DNA of 44,323 nucleotides from Proteiniphilum sp. (GCA_041656815.1 JBBACU010000001.1:1-44323); one strand, 5' to 3'; counted from the stretch's first letter, positions 35,334 to 43,854 are shown. Numbers and translations: made by a program. The notes: generated from the sequence alone by a model not told the origin.

Positions 35334-36148
35334 ATATCAGTGAAATCAGGTGTGTATGCCTCGGAAAATTCCCTCGGCACGTAGGCTGTTATCGTTATCG
35401 GCTTCGCGGCGTCAAGCAAGATGGTTACAGGCTTGACGGTATATTTCAGCCCTTGTTTTCGGTATCGCTCCCCTTGCTCGACCTCCATTTTGTTTAAATG
35501 GTCATTGATAAGCATTAGGGCTCTGTCAATGTTGTAAGTTTGAACGATCGCCCTACTGCTCGACACATGCGTGTCTTCTATGTAGCTGCTAAAATCGATC
35601 TGGTAGAACTTTCGTTCCTCCGCGTCTTTTTCTTCGTCCCGGCCGGAATCCTCACCTACTTTCTTGAGATTGTCAACAAGAATAATCCCGGCGTCGTGAT
35701 CCTTGATCGAGCGAATGATGAACGAATCGGAAAAGTTCAATTCCACGAAATCGACCAGAATCGTGTTGGCAACTTCTATCGAGTTAGCGAACAGTAAAAT
35801 CTTCTTGTTCTTTCCACCAATCATCACAACAGCGATGTGTGGAACCAGATGCTTTCTGTCGACTTGACGAGCCATCCTGCGCTGGCTGCTCACCTCCACC
35901 TCATCTATCTCACCAGCCTCGATGTAAAATTGCAACTCCGGCAAGATGTTTTGATCGATTAGCACTCCCTGATCCAATACCACCTCGTTTCGCTCGATGG
36001 AGACGATCTCGCCGGTATCCTCGTCGGAGAAATCTTCCATCCACGCGCGAAGAACACGCCGCGCGGTAAACTTGTGCAGCATCTTCTTGGGGTCAGAGGT
36101 CGTTAATCGATCCTCCGTGTGTCTGGTTTCAACTTTTTTCATGTGCAA
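35330..36148 (-). CDS. Protein with an N-terminal segment resembling a Bacteroidota RNA polymerase beta/beta' insertion
   Basis: ARRVLRAWMEDFSDEDTGEIVSIERNEVV; not a full RNAP (no DFDGD motif). Confidence 0.65.
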   Translation of the reverse strand: MHMKKVETRHTEDRLTTSDPKKMLHKFTARRVLRAWMEDFSDEDTGEIVSIERNEVVLDQGVLIDQNILPELQFYIEAGEIDEVEVSSQRRMARQVDRKHLVPHIAVVMIGGKNKKILLFANSIEVANTILVDFVELNFSDSFIIRSIKDHDAGIILVDNLKKVGEDSGRDEEKDAEERKFYQIDFSSYIEDTHVSSSRAIVQTYNIDRALMLINDHLNKMEVEQGERYRKQGLKYTVKPVTILLDAAKPITITAYVPREFSEAYTPDFTDI

Positions 36149-36365
36149 CCTCCTTTACGGCTTTAATCTCCTCGGCGATTATATTGAGAAACTGAAAATA
36201 ATATTGCACTTGTGGATCCAGGGTGTACTCTTTCACCAGTACGCCACCGTGATATCGCTTTACCACCTGTTCCTTGAGGTCTGTTACAACCTTTACCTGT
36301 TCACCAAAGTCGTGTGTCATTTCCACGACCGCGCCTTCTGATCGCTTAAATTCTGTTGTCCACAT
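36129..36365 (-). CDS. Hypothetical protein
   Basis: 78 aa, coupled to its neighbours. Confidence 0.55.
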   Translation of the reverse strand: MWTTEFKRSEGAVVEMTHDFGEQVKVVTDLKEQVVKRYHGGVLVKEYTLDPQVQYYFQFLNIIAEEIKAVKEVAHEKS

Positions 36366-36367
36366 GG

Positions 36368-36625
36368 CTAAATTTCTAATTGTTCTTTCAACTCTTCGTA
36401 GCTCGGCGGTTTAATGCCGAATAAAATCAGTATGCCGCAACACTCGTGATAATTAAGAGCGTCGGGCCGTGTCTCAATCCAGTCGTTCCACCCGATTTTT
36501 AGTGGAGTTTTCGGGATAGATAATTTCGCCTCAAACGACCTCTTGTTGTTCAACGAGGTCGCAATGTGAAGATGGTCCTCGAACAGTACCACCCTGAACT
36601 GTTTTTTTAATTTTGATTCAACCAT
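36368..36625 (-). CDS. Hypothetical protein
   Basis: 85 aa. Confidence 0.55.
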   Translation of the reverse strand: MVESKLKKQFRVVLFEDHLHIATSLNNKRSFEAKLSIPKTPLKIGWNDWIETRPDALNYHECCGILILFGIKPPSYEELKEQLEI

Positions 36626-36720
36626 GGCTATTTGTTTATTTGTTCTTCAATTAGTTCGTTTTTCAAATTCGTAGTGTCCCATAATTATTTCGTGCTATTT
36701 ATTTAATTGTTCGTTAACTT

Positions 36721-37008
36721 TTACCATTCGATATTGAAACGATTCATATTGCTATCATGCTTTACGTTAAACCCGGGGTGCTTCATCATAAATAACCTCA
36801 CCGCGCACCTTGTGCAATAGTTGTCCTGATAATTCAAATAGACATAGCCAATGGATGTCTCTGGTATCCCATTTTCAGCTTGACTTATGATGGTTTCTAT
36901 AATTCTTTTGTATTTCAAAAGAATTTCCTCTCGACGGATAATTCTGTCTTCTTTCAGTCTGTTTTTGCTGTTTCTCTTCGTGAGTTTTCTTATTTCTTCT
37001 ATGTTCAT
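36721..37008 (-). CDS. Hypothetical protein
   Basis: 95 aa, AT-rich. Confidence 0.5.
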   Translation of the reverse strand: MNIEEIRKLTKRNSKNRLKEDRIIRREEILLKYKRIIETIISQAENGIPETSIGYVYLNYQDNYCTRCAVRLFMMKHPGFNVKHDSNMNRFNIEW

Positions 37009-37021
37009 GATTAGTCTGTTA

Positions 37022-37198
37022 TTAGTTTACTATGCCTTTTTGCACCTCTTCGATTCGTTTCTTCCACAATGGAAAATTCGATCGTATCGTATGGATCTTC
37101 TCGTGACCGAGGATCTTCTCGACAAACTTGGTCGCCTCACCGGCCCGTGGATGAGTGCCGGGAAAACGCCGACTGAATGTTAGCACGTATGTTTTCAT
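37022..37198 (-). CDS. Short, possibly truncated ASCH/PUA-like protein
   Basis: ATG 37198 overlaps the upstream stop; FPGTHPRAG..T.F..KI...EKIHTIR, stops after 58 aa. Confidence 0.45.
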   Translation of the reverse strand: MKTYVLTFSRRFPGTHPRAGEATKFVEKILGHEKIHTIRSNFPLWKKRIEEVQKGIVN

Positions 37199-37902
37199 AA
37201 GTCCTCCTGTTCTATAGGTCGCCAATGGGTAACATCTGTAATTTCATCGTCACGGCCATCAACCCAGTAGAAGAACCCCTCTTGCTCATCTATAACTCTA
37301 TGCCCCACATATACAAAGTCTCCGCTTTTAAGCAGAACTTCTCTATACTGGTCCGGTACTTCCTCGCTTACATCATGCCATCTGAAGGCTTCCTTTAGTC
37401 CAGCTTTATAAGCTTTTTTGACGTTAACCCCAGGCTTGTAATTTAAATCCGGAGTCTCCATCTCTTCCGGCACGGGAAGCCACTCCATGCTCTTCTCGAA
37501 CTTGTCCATTTGTTTGTCAGTCTCGGGGAATAGATACCCGTGCGACTTCAACATGTCGGAAAGTCGATCTTCAAAATCCACGTCTACACTTTCCTTCATG
37601 TTTATCGGTCGCCAGTGGGTGATTTTATTTAGTACGTAAAACTTCATTGGTGCATCAACATGTATTCGTATCGCATCAATATCTCCAGTCACTTCTTTTT
37701 TTATTAAAATAGGTTCATCTTTAGGTGGAAGCTTTTCACATATCGGTATCCATCTAAAGGCTTCGTTAAAAGCCCAGTTTGCTCCATCCTTAAATGCAGA
37801 TGCAATATCATTTGAATACAACATACCGGTGAGTTTCCCGTGTTTAGTCTGATTGACGATATAATCTTCGGCAGCCTTAGCTGTCTTTTTTTCTGTTGTC
37901 AT
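37195..37902 (-). CDS. Protein with two DUF551-like repeats
   Basis: EAFRWIPICEKLP..ITHWRPI and EAFRWHDVSEEVP..VTHWRPI. Confidence 0.65.
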   Translation of the reverse strand: MTTEKKTAKAAEDYIVNQTKHGKLTGMLYSNDIASAFKDGANWAFNEAFRWIPICEKLPPKDEPILIKKEVTGDIDAIRIHVDAPMKFYVLNKITHWRPINMKESVDVDFEDRLSDMLKSHGYLFPETDKQMDKFEKSMEWLPVPEEMETPDLNYKPGVNVKKAYKAGLKEAFRWHDVSEEVPDQYREVLLKSGDFVYVGHRVIDEQEGFFYWVDGRDDEITDVTHWRPIEQEDL

Positions 37903-37925
37903 ATATTTACCCTCTACCGTTGTTT

Positions 37926-38120
37926 TTACTCGAAATCAGATATAACCACGATTTCTTCCCTTGCAAGCTCTTCACCATCCGGATCCTCCTTCATCGAAAT
38001 TTCTCTTCGCTCTACTTTGTCAGCAAGCGAGAATTCAAAATCGTTCTCCGATTTCTTTATCCATACCTCCATCGTCGGAGGGAATTCTTTAAGTATGTTT
38101 ATTAGCTTCTGTACGTCCAT
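37926..38120 (-). CDS. Hypothetical protein
   Basis: 64 aa, MDVQKLINILKEFPPTMEV-type phage N-terminus. Confidence 0.55.
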   Translation of the reverse strand: MDVQKLINILKEFPPTMEVWIKKSENDFEFSLADKVERREISMKEDPDGEELAREEIVVISDFE

Positions 38121-38190
38121 GATTTTCTTTTTAAAGATTGTTCCTTATTAAAGTTTCTTCCGCTAAACTTAAATAGCGGGGGGGGTAAGT

Positions 38191-38373
38191 TTATAAATGA
38201 TCTTCCTCTATATCCTGCCATATCTCCCCGTCAAACGTGACAAGGTGTCGCGTTCTGTCAACCACAATCATATCGCAATCGGCATTGAAATTATTGGCTG
38301 AATCAAACCAGTTCGTGTAAAACGCCTCCCTTTTTCCCGTTTCGGGGTTGGTGTAGATTATTAAGTATTTCAT
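38191..38373 (-). CDS. Hypothetical protein
   Basis: 60 aa. Confidence 0.55.
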   Translation of the reverse strand: MKYLIIYTNPETGKREAFYTNWFDSANNFNADCDMIVVDRTRHLVTFDGEIWQDIEEDHL

Positions 38374-38391
38374 ATCCTTGTTATTTGGTTG

Positions 38392-39009
38392 TTAAATCTT
38401 CGTATCCCCGAATTTCCCTGTGAAATATTCGTTTACTGTTCTTTCTTTTGCTGACATCCTTTCCTCTACCATCCCGGCCAGTCTCCCGAAGGCGGGGTTA
38501 TACTTTACTTCATCGTCGTGGCGGTTAATGTAGTAATCCACCGTGCTTCTGTCTCGATTCAGGATCCGCCCGATATCCTCTTTCCGCATCTCCTTGCAGT
38601 AGTTCGCGAATATCATGCGGGCGAAGAACGTATCACGGGTTTTGCTTTTACCCGTGTATTGCTCAAAACTTAATCCGGTGGCATCTTTAATCGCCTCTTT
38701 CAAATCATCAAGAATCAGCCTGCTTAGAAACATGACTTCCATACCCCTTTCGACCGCTATCGAATATTCTATTCTCGCACCCTTAGATCGCCTCCAGTCG
38801 TTAAGCATTAGAATTGCGTCACAATCGAACAAGTGCTCGATATCACGAAGCATGTGCTCCTCCCACGTGTTGCAAGCCGATAACCCGTTATTCAGGGGGT
38901 TCACAGGCTCGAATCCCAACTTGATTAATTTATCTTCGGCTTGCCTGAATTTTGCCTCGACGGCTTTACAATCTAACCCGGATATTTTTCCTGAAATATA
39001 AACCTTCAT
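38392..39009 (-). CDS. DUF4406 (nucleoside deoxyribosyltransferase-like) fused to a DnaA-C-like HTH
   Basis: KVYISGKISG, VNP, CDAILML.DW..SKGA.IE; C-terminal SKTRDTFFAR...IGRILNRDRSTV. Confidence 0.75.
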   Translation of the reverse strand: MKVYISGKISGLDCKAVEAKFRQAEDKLIKLGFEPVNPLNNGLSACNTWEEHMLRDIEHLFDCDAILMLNDWRRSKGARIEYSIAVERGMEVMFLSRLILDDLKEAIKDATGLSFEQYTGKSKTRDTFFARMIFANYCKEMRKEDIGRILNRDRSTVDYYINRHDDEVKYNPAFGRLAGMVEERMSAKERTVNEYFTGKFGDTKI

Positions 39010-39022
39010 ATCAAATCCGTTT

Positions 39023-39451
39023 TTAAAATCCTGTAGACCGCTCCATTGATATCTTCTTTTTTGACAACTCTACAAAATCGTCAACCCATTCGCCTATTTT
39101 TTTAGTAAGCACCTTGACTGGTATACTGTACGTCAAGCAGTAGGATATCGCAGCTGTAGTCAGCTCGATGCATTCCGGGAGCATCGGGTCGGTGGTAAAT
39201 GAAAAGAATAGCCCATGCTTTTCAAGTTCTGTCATATTTTTATCGACTTCGGTCCTAAATACTTTGTATGCGTGGCTTTCATCCTTGAAGCACTTTTTCA
39301 ATGTAGGTTTATCCCCTCCCATCACATGCTTCCCCCGCCCTTTCTTGAGATAGCAGTAATCGCATCCATTCGAGCATCCGACGTAAAAATTGCAGGCCCA
39401 TACCGCGTATTCCGACGCCTTCCCGACCGGCTTATAAATTGCTTTACCCAT
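39023..39451 (-). pseudogene. Truncated radical SAM protein
   Basis: CSNGCDYC (CxxxCxxC) and FSFTTDPM, but only 142 aa, too short for the radical-SAM barrel. Confidence 0.55.
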
Positions 39452-39617
39452 AGTTTTCTATTTGTTTGATATACTCTTCCCCCAATTTTTTCATAAGCCT
39501 GAAACACTTCTCGGTTAAAGCCTCCACCTCCGCTTCAAGGGCGATGATACGTACCACGAGTATCACGATTAAGATGAATACAAGTGCGCAGATAATAATT
39601 TGTAATACAGCTTCCAT
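39444..39617 (-). CDS. Small single-TM protein (57 aa)
   Basis: Below the ORF-track cutoff. MEAVLQIIICALVFILIVILVVRIIALEAEVEAL...; fills the gap exactly and overlaps the next start. Confidence 0.6.
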   Translation of the reverse strand: MEAVLQIIICALVFILIVILVVRIIALEAEVEALTEKCFRLMKKLGEEYIKQIENYG

Positions 39618-39621
39618 GGCG

Positions 39622-40044
39622 TTACTTTAAAGGTTTTCCAGTGATGATATAGTATAGCTTCTTCTCGCCCTGGAGAACAGGAGTTGTCGATATGCGAAAT
39701 GTTGCCCCTTTTGTGATGTCGATCTCGCCTGATGCGAGTCCGGGCCTGTCCGTTTTAAGGCTATCTAATATATTCCTGGACATGCTTACAGAGTTTAACA
39801 GGTAGAGCCTGCCTTTTGATCGAAATTGAAAACCCTGCTGGTCATGTGTCAAGCTTATGTACCAATCTTTCGGCACCTCCTCGTTTTGAAAGAATTCCAG
39901 CCTTGCATCCCCGGAATTCATGCCTAATATTCTACCCGCTTCAGCGGATATCGATATAAGCCCCGTCTTTCGAACGAATCGAATCGTTGGGTCACATCGA
40001 CGTGTTCTTGGAGTGTTCTCCTCGTTGAATTTTTTAAGTTTCAT
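39622..40044 (-). CDS. Hypothetical protein
   Basis: 140 aa, overlaps the upstream gene. Confidence 0.6.
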   Translation of the reverse strand: MKLKKFNEENTPRTRRCDPTIRFVRKTGLISISAEAGRILGMNSGDARLEFFQNEEVPKDWYISLTHDQQGFQFRSKGRLYLLNSVSMSRNILDSLKTDRPGLASGEIDITKGATFRISTTPVLQGEKKLYYIITGKPLK

Positions 40045-40273
40045 TGTTTACATTTTTTCGGTTATACTTACTTATCATGATCTCTTTCCCGTTCTTGAAA
40101 TAATAGCATTCAAGCTCCTCGATGTCGGACCCGGAAAGGCCCCATTTCCTTTTTATTGCTTCACCCAAGCCTTTGCTGACAGCTTCCTTACCAATACGCC
40201 CAACGTGCCGAAACGTGCCGTGATACCGGATCGTTGCGCCGCGTTTCAATATGGAGTAGTGAAGCTCTGCCAT
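40034..40273 (-). CDS. Hypothetical protein
   Basis: 79 aa, coupled to pcfJ. Confidence 0.5.
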   Translation of the reverse strand: MAELHYSILKRGATIRYHGTFRHVGRIGKEAVSKGLGEAIKRKWGLSGSDIEELECYYFKNGKEIMISKYNRKNVNNET

Positions 40274-40274
40274 G

Positions 40275-41573
40275 TTATGCCGGTTGTTTTATGATTCCTG
40301 ATACTACCCTCATTATTTCTCGAGAATGAGGATTAAATAATTCAAGTACTCTTTTTTGTAGCGTGGGCGGGAGATCCTCATTGTCTTTACATCTTAGCTG
40401 CAATACTTTACCATCAATCAGGCTGAATTCGATTGTTGCAGTGACAACGTTGTCAACACGCACGGAGAAACACAAGCTTTCTCTCCGATTGTAATAGCTG
40501 CTGGAATCGATGCAGTGATTCAATATCGTTCCTTCTTCTTTGAATTGCTCAAGGGTGAGAAAAGGAGTGATCGTTATATCTCCATTCTTGAAGCAGAAAT
40601 TTTGAAACGGGCTTATAAACTCTCCGTAGCTGGCAGCAACCTTTCTTAGCTTCTCCTTTTTTTCGTTCTCACGGATACGATTGAATTTTCTTACAAGGCG
40701 ATCGTGTGCCTCCTTTATGTTCGCTGGACACACGTAATGCGCGTTGCGGAGATCCCTGCCGTCGCGTTTTAGCATCTCCAGATAGTCTACCCAAGTTTCG
40801 GCCGTCCTAACTATATAGTTGTTGCGTATGCAGATTTTTATCGACGGCCAGTAATCATCTATATTTCGCCAAGTACTGATAAAATATTTCAGCATAGAGT
40901 ACTGCTTTACCTTTAGTAGTGTTTCTGCTTTTGGGTCTGTAAGCAGTAGCACGAATAGTGTTTTAGGTCTTATTCCATGTAGTCCACCCCTGAACCCGTT
41001 CCTTCGCAATTCTTTGATAAACCGCTTACGAGGATAGACGTAATCCGTGTGAGGATTGTATTTCCCTCTCACGCTGCTTGGGCGTCTCACCTCCATCGGC
41101 GAAGAATAGTTCCAGTTGTCGTAATAAATTCCGAAGTATGTTTCTCGTGCCACGTTCGTTACTTTGCCATCCGGGGTTATCCAGTTTTGAATTACCTCGA
41201 CGATACGAGTTTCTGCCGGCTTACCTACTCGAAAACTTTTTTCAACCGTGAAGTGGCGTACCACTTGAAATCCGTCCGATTCGGTGATAATCGAGTAGTA
41301 GTCTCTCCAAACGTTACTGCTGTAAGTACTATGTTGTAATTCGATGCACTCTCCACAAACGGGGCATTCCTTTTTCCCCAGGATCGCATCGTGCATGGTG
41401 TTTTCTGATTTGAAAGTGGATCCACATTCGTGACACCAGATACTTTTCTTGCGTATATATCCTGAGGGTTTGAAAACATTCTTTAAGGCCCATTCGCGTT
41501 GTGCCTCTGACAGAGGAGGCATTTTTTGACTGAGCGCGTATACTCTCTTTTGAAGCTTTGTTCTTGGTTGCAT
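40275..41573 (-). CDS. pcfJ: PcfJ-domain protein
   Basis: N-terminal CxxC..CxxC, WVDYLEML...D......CP.N...AHD, EEG..LNHCI; follows pcfK. Confidence 0.8.
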   Translation of the reverse strand: MQPRTKLQKRVYALSQKMPPLSEAQREWALKNVFKPSGYIRKKSIWCHECGSTFKSENTMHDAILGKKECPVCGECIELQHSTYSSNVWRDYYSIITESDGFQVVRHFTVEKSFRVGKPAETRIVEVIQNWITPDGKVTNVARETYFGIYYDNWNYSSPMEVRRPSSVRGKYNPHTDYVYPRKRFIKELRRNGFRGGLHGIRPKTLFVLLLTDPKAETLLKVKQYSMLKYFISTWRNIDDYWPSIKICIRNNYIVRTAETWVDYLEMLKRDGRDLRNAHYVCPANIKEAHDRLVRKFNRIRENEKKEKLRKVAASYGEFISPFQNFCFKNGDITITPFLTLEQFKEEGTILNHCIDSSSYYNRRESLCFSVRVDNVVTATIEFSLIDGKVLQLRCKDNEDLPPTLQKRVLELFNPHSREIMRVVSGIIKQPA

Positions 41574-41588
41574 AAAATAACACTTGAA

Positions 41589-42014
41589 TCATCCAAACAG
41601 GGTAGGTTGCTCTATATCTTCTTTGCGCCTTTTCTCCGCGGCGCGCTTGCGTTTTTCTATCAACTCGGCTCGCACCTCTTCTTGATACTTCTCGATCGCG
41701 GCACTCTTGGCCTGTTCCTTTTCTTCAGCGGTGAGTTCCGGAACGTGGTCAACGACAATACGCACACTGGAAATCGGTTTGCCTGGCTTGATGTCGTCCT
41801 CATCGTAATAGTGCGCGGCCATGCCGAATATTTCTTCGGCAGCATATCCCGACCTTCCCGACCTCTTTACTTCGTTTACAATATAGGTGCAACAATCCTT
41901 GATGCTCTTTTTCTCATTTGGGTATCGTTCAGCAAACAGCTCGTCGGTCAATGCCCGCTCATCAAGATACTTCTTGATCGTCTTTTCAAAATGATTTGTT
42001 TTCATGCTATTCAA
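41589..42014 (-). CDS. pcfK: PcfK-like protein (AcrIIA9 family)
   Basis: FEKTIKKYLDERA..D.LFA....KKSIKDCCTYI...V....EEIFGMAAHYYDEDDI. Confidence 0.8.
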   Translation of the reverse strand: MNSMKTNHFEKTIKKYLDERALTDELFAERYPNEKKSIKDCCTYIVNEVKRSGRSGYAAEEIFGMAAHYYDEDDIKPGKPISSVRIVVDHVPELTAEEKEQAKSAAIEKYQEEVRAELIEKRKRAAEKRRKEDIEQPTLFG

Positions 42015-43128
42015 TTATCATTGGCATTATTAGTAGTGTTACACCGGCCGTCTCTTCCGGGATAATAGTCGCTGCCTGGCCGGGGGTTGTCAGCCTAATC
42101 TCGCAATGCTTGTCGCTTACCGACGAGAGCAGCAAAATCAACTGTTTCGAGTTAAATCCAATCTGAAAAGATTCGCCGTCATACGATACGGGAATGCTTT
42201 CTTCTCCGGACTGGTTGTAATCCATGTCTTTCGACGTGATCCTCAACTTGTCGCCAATGAAGTACATCGCGATCATCCCCGAGCCATCAGGACTGAATAC
42301 CGACGTCCTCCTGATTGCTCCAAGCAGCACTTGACGATCCACCTTGGCGGTCCATTTGTGCGCCGGGATCACGCTACGATAGTTAGGGTATTTCCCTTCC
42401 GTTAATAGGTACACCATCGTGAAGTCACCTATCTCGATCATGAAGTTCTTTTTCGTGATTTCTATGTTGGCCTCCTCAACTTCCGGATCAATCATCGAGA
42501 GTATCAATTTCGCGGCGTTATTGGGAATAATTAACTGTTGTTCTACCTCAGCGCTATACTCGAAAACTTGCTTGCTTAAAACGTGACCGGAAGAAGCCAC
42601 GAAAGTCACTTCATCCTTTTTAATATCCATGAGCACCGAGGTCATAACAGGCCTCACCTCGTCTTTGCCCGTGAAATCTATTACCTGCTTAAATCCCGTC
42701 GCGATGATCTCCGTTTTCATGTATAAAGGCATATTATCTGTCAAGTTCATGGAGATTTCAGGAAATAAGTTCTCGTCATGCAGCGGGATCTCGAATGATC
42801 CGGTCCAGTATTCCACGCTTAATCTCTTATCGGGATTCACGGTGAGTTTCAGTGGTTGGTCCGGTATTTGTGGAAGTATTTCAAGAAGAACTCTTGAATC
42901 AATGCAGAAGTCCACATTGTTTTCGATCTTCTCGCATTTCACCTTGGCCGACATCTCGCCGGTCATATCAGTTGCGGTAACCGATAGCGCGTCATCCCAT
43001 TGAGGATGCCGTCGGAACCTGAACCAACCGGCAGCCGGGTAAGCCGTGTTTTTTGGCTGCGAGATCCTGCCGATCGTCTTTAATTTCGTCAACAATTCAT
43101 GTTGACTTACCTCGATTACTGTTTCCAT
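42007..43128 (-). CDS. dnaN: DNA polymerase III beta sliding clamp (phage-encoded)
   Basis: 373 aa; ATD, DEVRPVMTSV, VASSGHVL, EGKYPNYRSVIP, IGFN, LLIMPM. Confidence 0.92.
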   Translation of the reverse strand: METVIEVSQHELLTKLKTIGRISQPKNTAYPAAGWFRFRRHPQWDDALSVTATDMTGEMSAKVKCEKIENNVDFCIDSRVLLEILPQIPDQPLKLTVNPDKRLSVEYWTGSFEIPLHDENLFPEISMNLTDNMPLYMKTEIIATGFKQVIDFTGKDEVRPVMTSVLMDIKKDEVTFVASSGHVLSKQVFEYSAEVEQQLIIPNNAAKLILSMIDPEVEEANIEITKKNFMIEIGDFTMVYLLTEGKYPNYRSVIPAHKWTAKVDRQVLLGAIRRTSVFSPDGSGMIAMYFIGDKLRITSKDMDYNQSGEESIPVSYDGESFQIGFNSKQLILLLSSVSDKHCEIRLTTPGQAATIIPEETAGVTLLIMPMIIE

Positions 43129-43154
43129 TGTTGTTTTTTTTGAAGTGATTAGAA

Positions 43155-43248
43155 ACCGGCTCCGACCCTGTCCCTCACGCTTGAGGTAGTTTTAAAAAGT
43201 CCTGTTATTCAATTGTTATAATTATTATTTACAGGGCCGATAGCCGGT
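43155..43248 (-). other. Long-range RNA stem in the dnaN leader
   Basis: 17-bp stem (2 G-U pairs, 1 bulge on the minus-strand transcript) enclosing a 59-nt AT-rich loop. Confidence 0.45.
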
Positions 43249-43254
43249 ATTGGG

Positions 43255-43746
43255 TTAATCCATGTTTTCTATACGCAGTTGCAAAATATCGGAGTATGCT
43301 TGCATCACTTTTAACTGAATTGTCAATAATCTGAACTGCAAAGGCTTTAAACTCGGAGCCTTTTCACTGTTGAGAAAATCATGCAGATTCTTCAATTTTT
43401 CAAGGAGATCGTCTTTTTCACGATTAAGCCTGATCATTAAATCATGTTGCTCACCAAGCGTGTAGCCGCCTTCGAATGCATCTGCCGGAGAATATGAGAT
43501 GTATCCGTCCTCGTAAAACACGATATAGCCCCCGGGTTGTGGTGCATGTCTGCGATCAAATTCTCCATCTACTTTAAATGGTGGGTATACCGTGTTTTCA
43601 GGAGTGATAATGACCGATCCGTCAGTTTCTCTGTTTCCTCCAACATCGGCATCGAAATCTACTTTACCTATCTTAAAGGCGCGGACCTCTTTGTGTGATT
43701 TGTACTTCGGATATCCGGGCTGGTTTGCCGGTTCATTTTTTTTCAT
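43255..43746 (-). CDS. Two-domain phage protein: GY.V.Y.DGY.S.SP...FE domain plus crAss001_48/Y16Q-like helical domain; putative anti-defence
   Basis: Start moved to ATG 43746 because the upstream frame overlaps the tRNA. GGYIVFYEDGYISYSPADAFEGGY; RLNREKDDLLEKLKNL..FL...LL..QLKVMQAYSDILQLRI. Confidence 0.65.
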   Translation of the reverse strand: MKKNEPANQPGYPKYKSHKEVRAFKIGKVDFDADVGGNRETDGSVIITPENTVYPPFKVDGEFDRRHAPQPGGYIVFYEDGYISYSPADAFEGGYTLGEQHDLMIRLNREKDDLLEKLKNLHDFLNSEKAPSLKPLQFRLLTIQLKVMQAYSDILQLRIENMD

Positions 43747-43782
43747 GTCAAATTGTTTTATTATGAGTGCACTATTGCATTG

Positions 43783-43854
43783 TTGCGGGACCTGGATTCG
43801 AACCAGGACCTCGAGGTTATGAGTCTCGCGAGTTAACCACTTCTCCATCCCGCC
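43783..43854 (-). tRNA. tRNA-Met (CAT), initiator-like but atypical
   Basis: GGCGGGA TG GAGA AGTGGTTA ACTC G CGAGA CTCATAA CCTCG AGGT CCTGG TTCGAAT CCAGG TCCCGCA A; no encoded CCA. Confidence 0.88.

Noticed and set aside
35330-36148. A phage-encoded RNA polymerase
   Set aside because: Only a short RNAP-like segment in a 272-aa protein, with no catalytic motifs.
32838-38185. Homopolymers A9 (32838-32846) and G8 (38178-38185) as phase-variation sites
   Set aside because: The Rep frame is intact and the G-run is intergenic; one sequence gives no evidence of slippage.
43783-43854. tRNA as prophage attachment site
   Set aside because: Phage-type genes continue on both sides, and there is no duplicated 3' end or integrase in the window.
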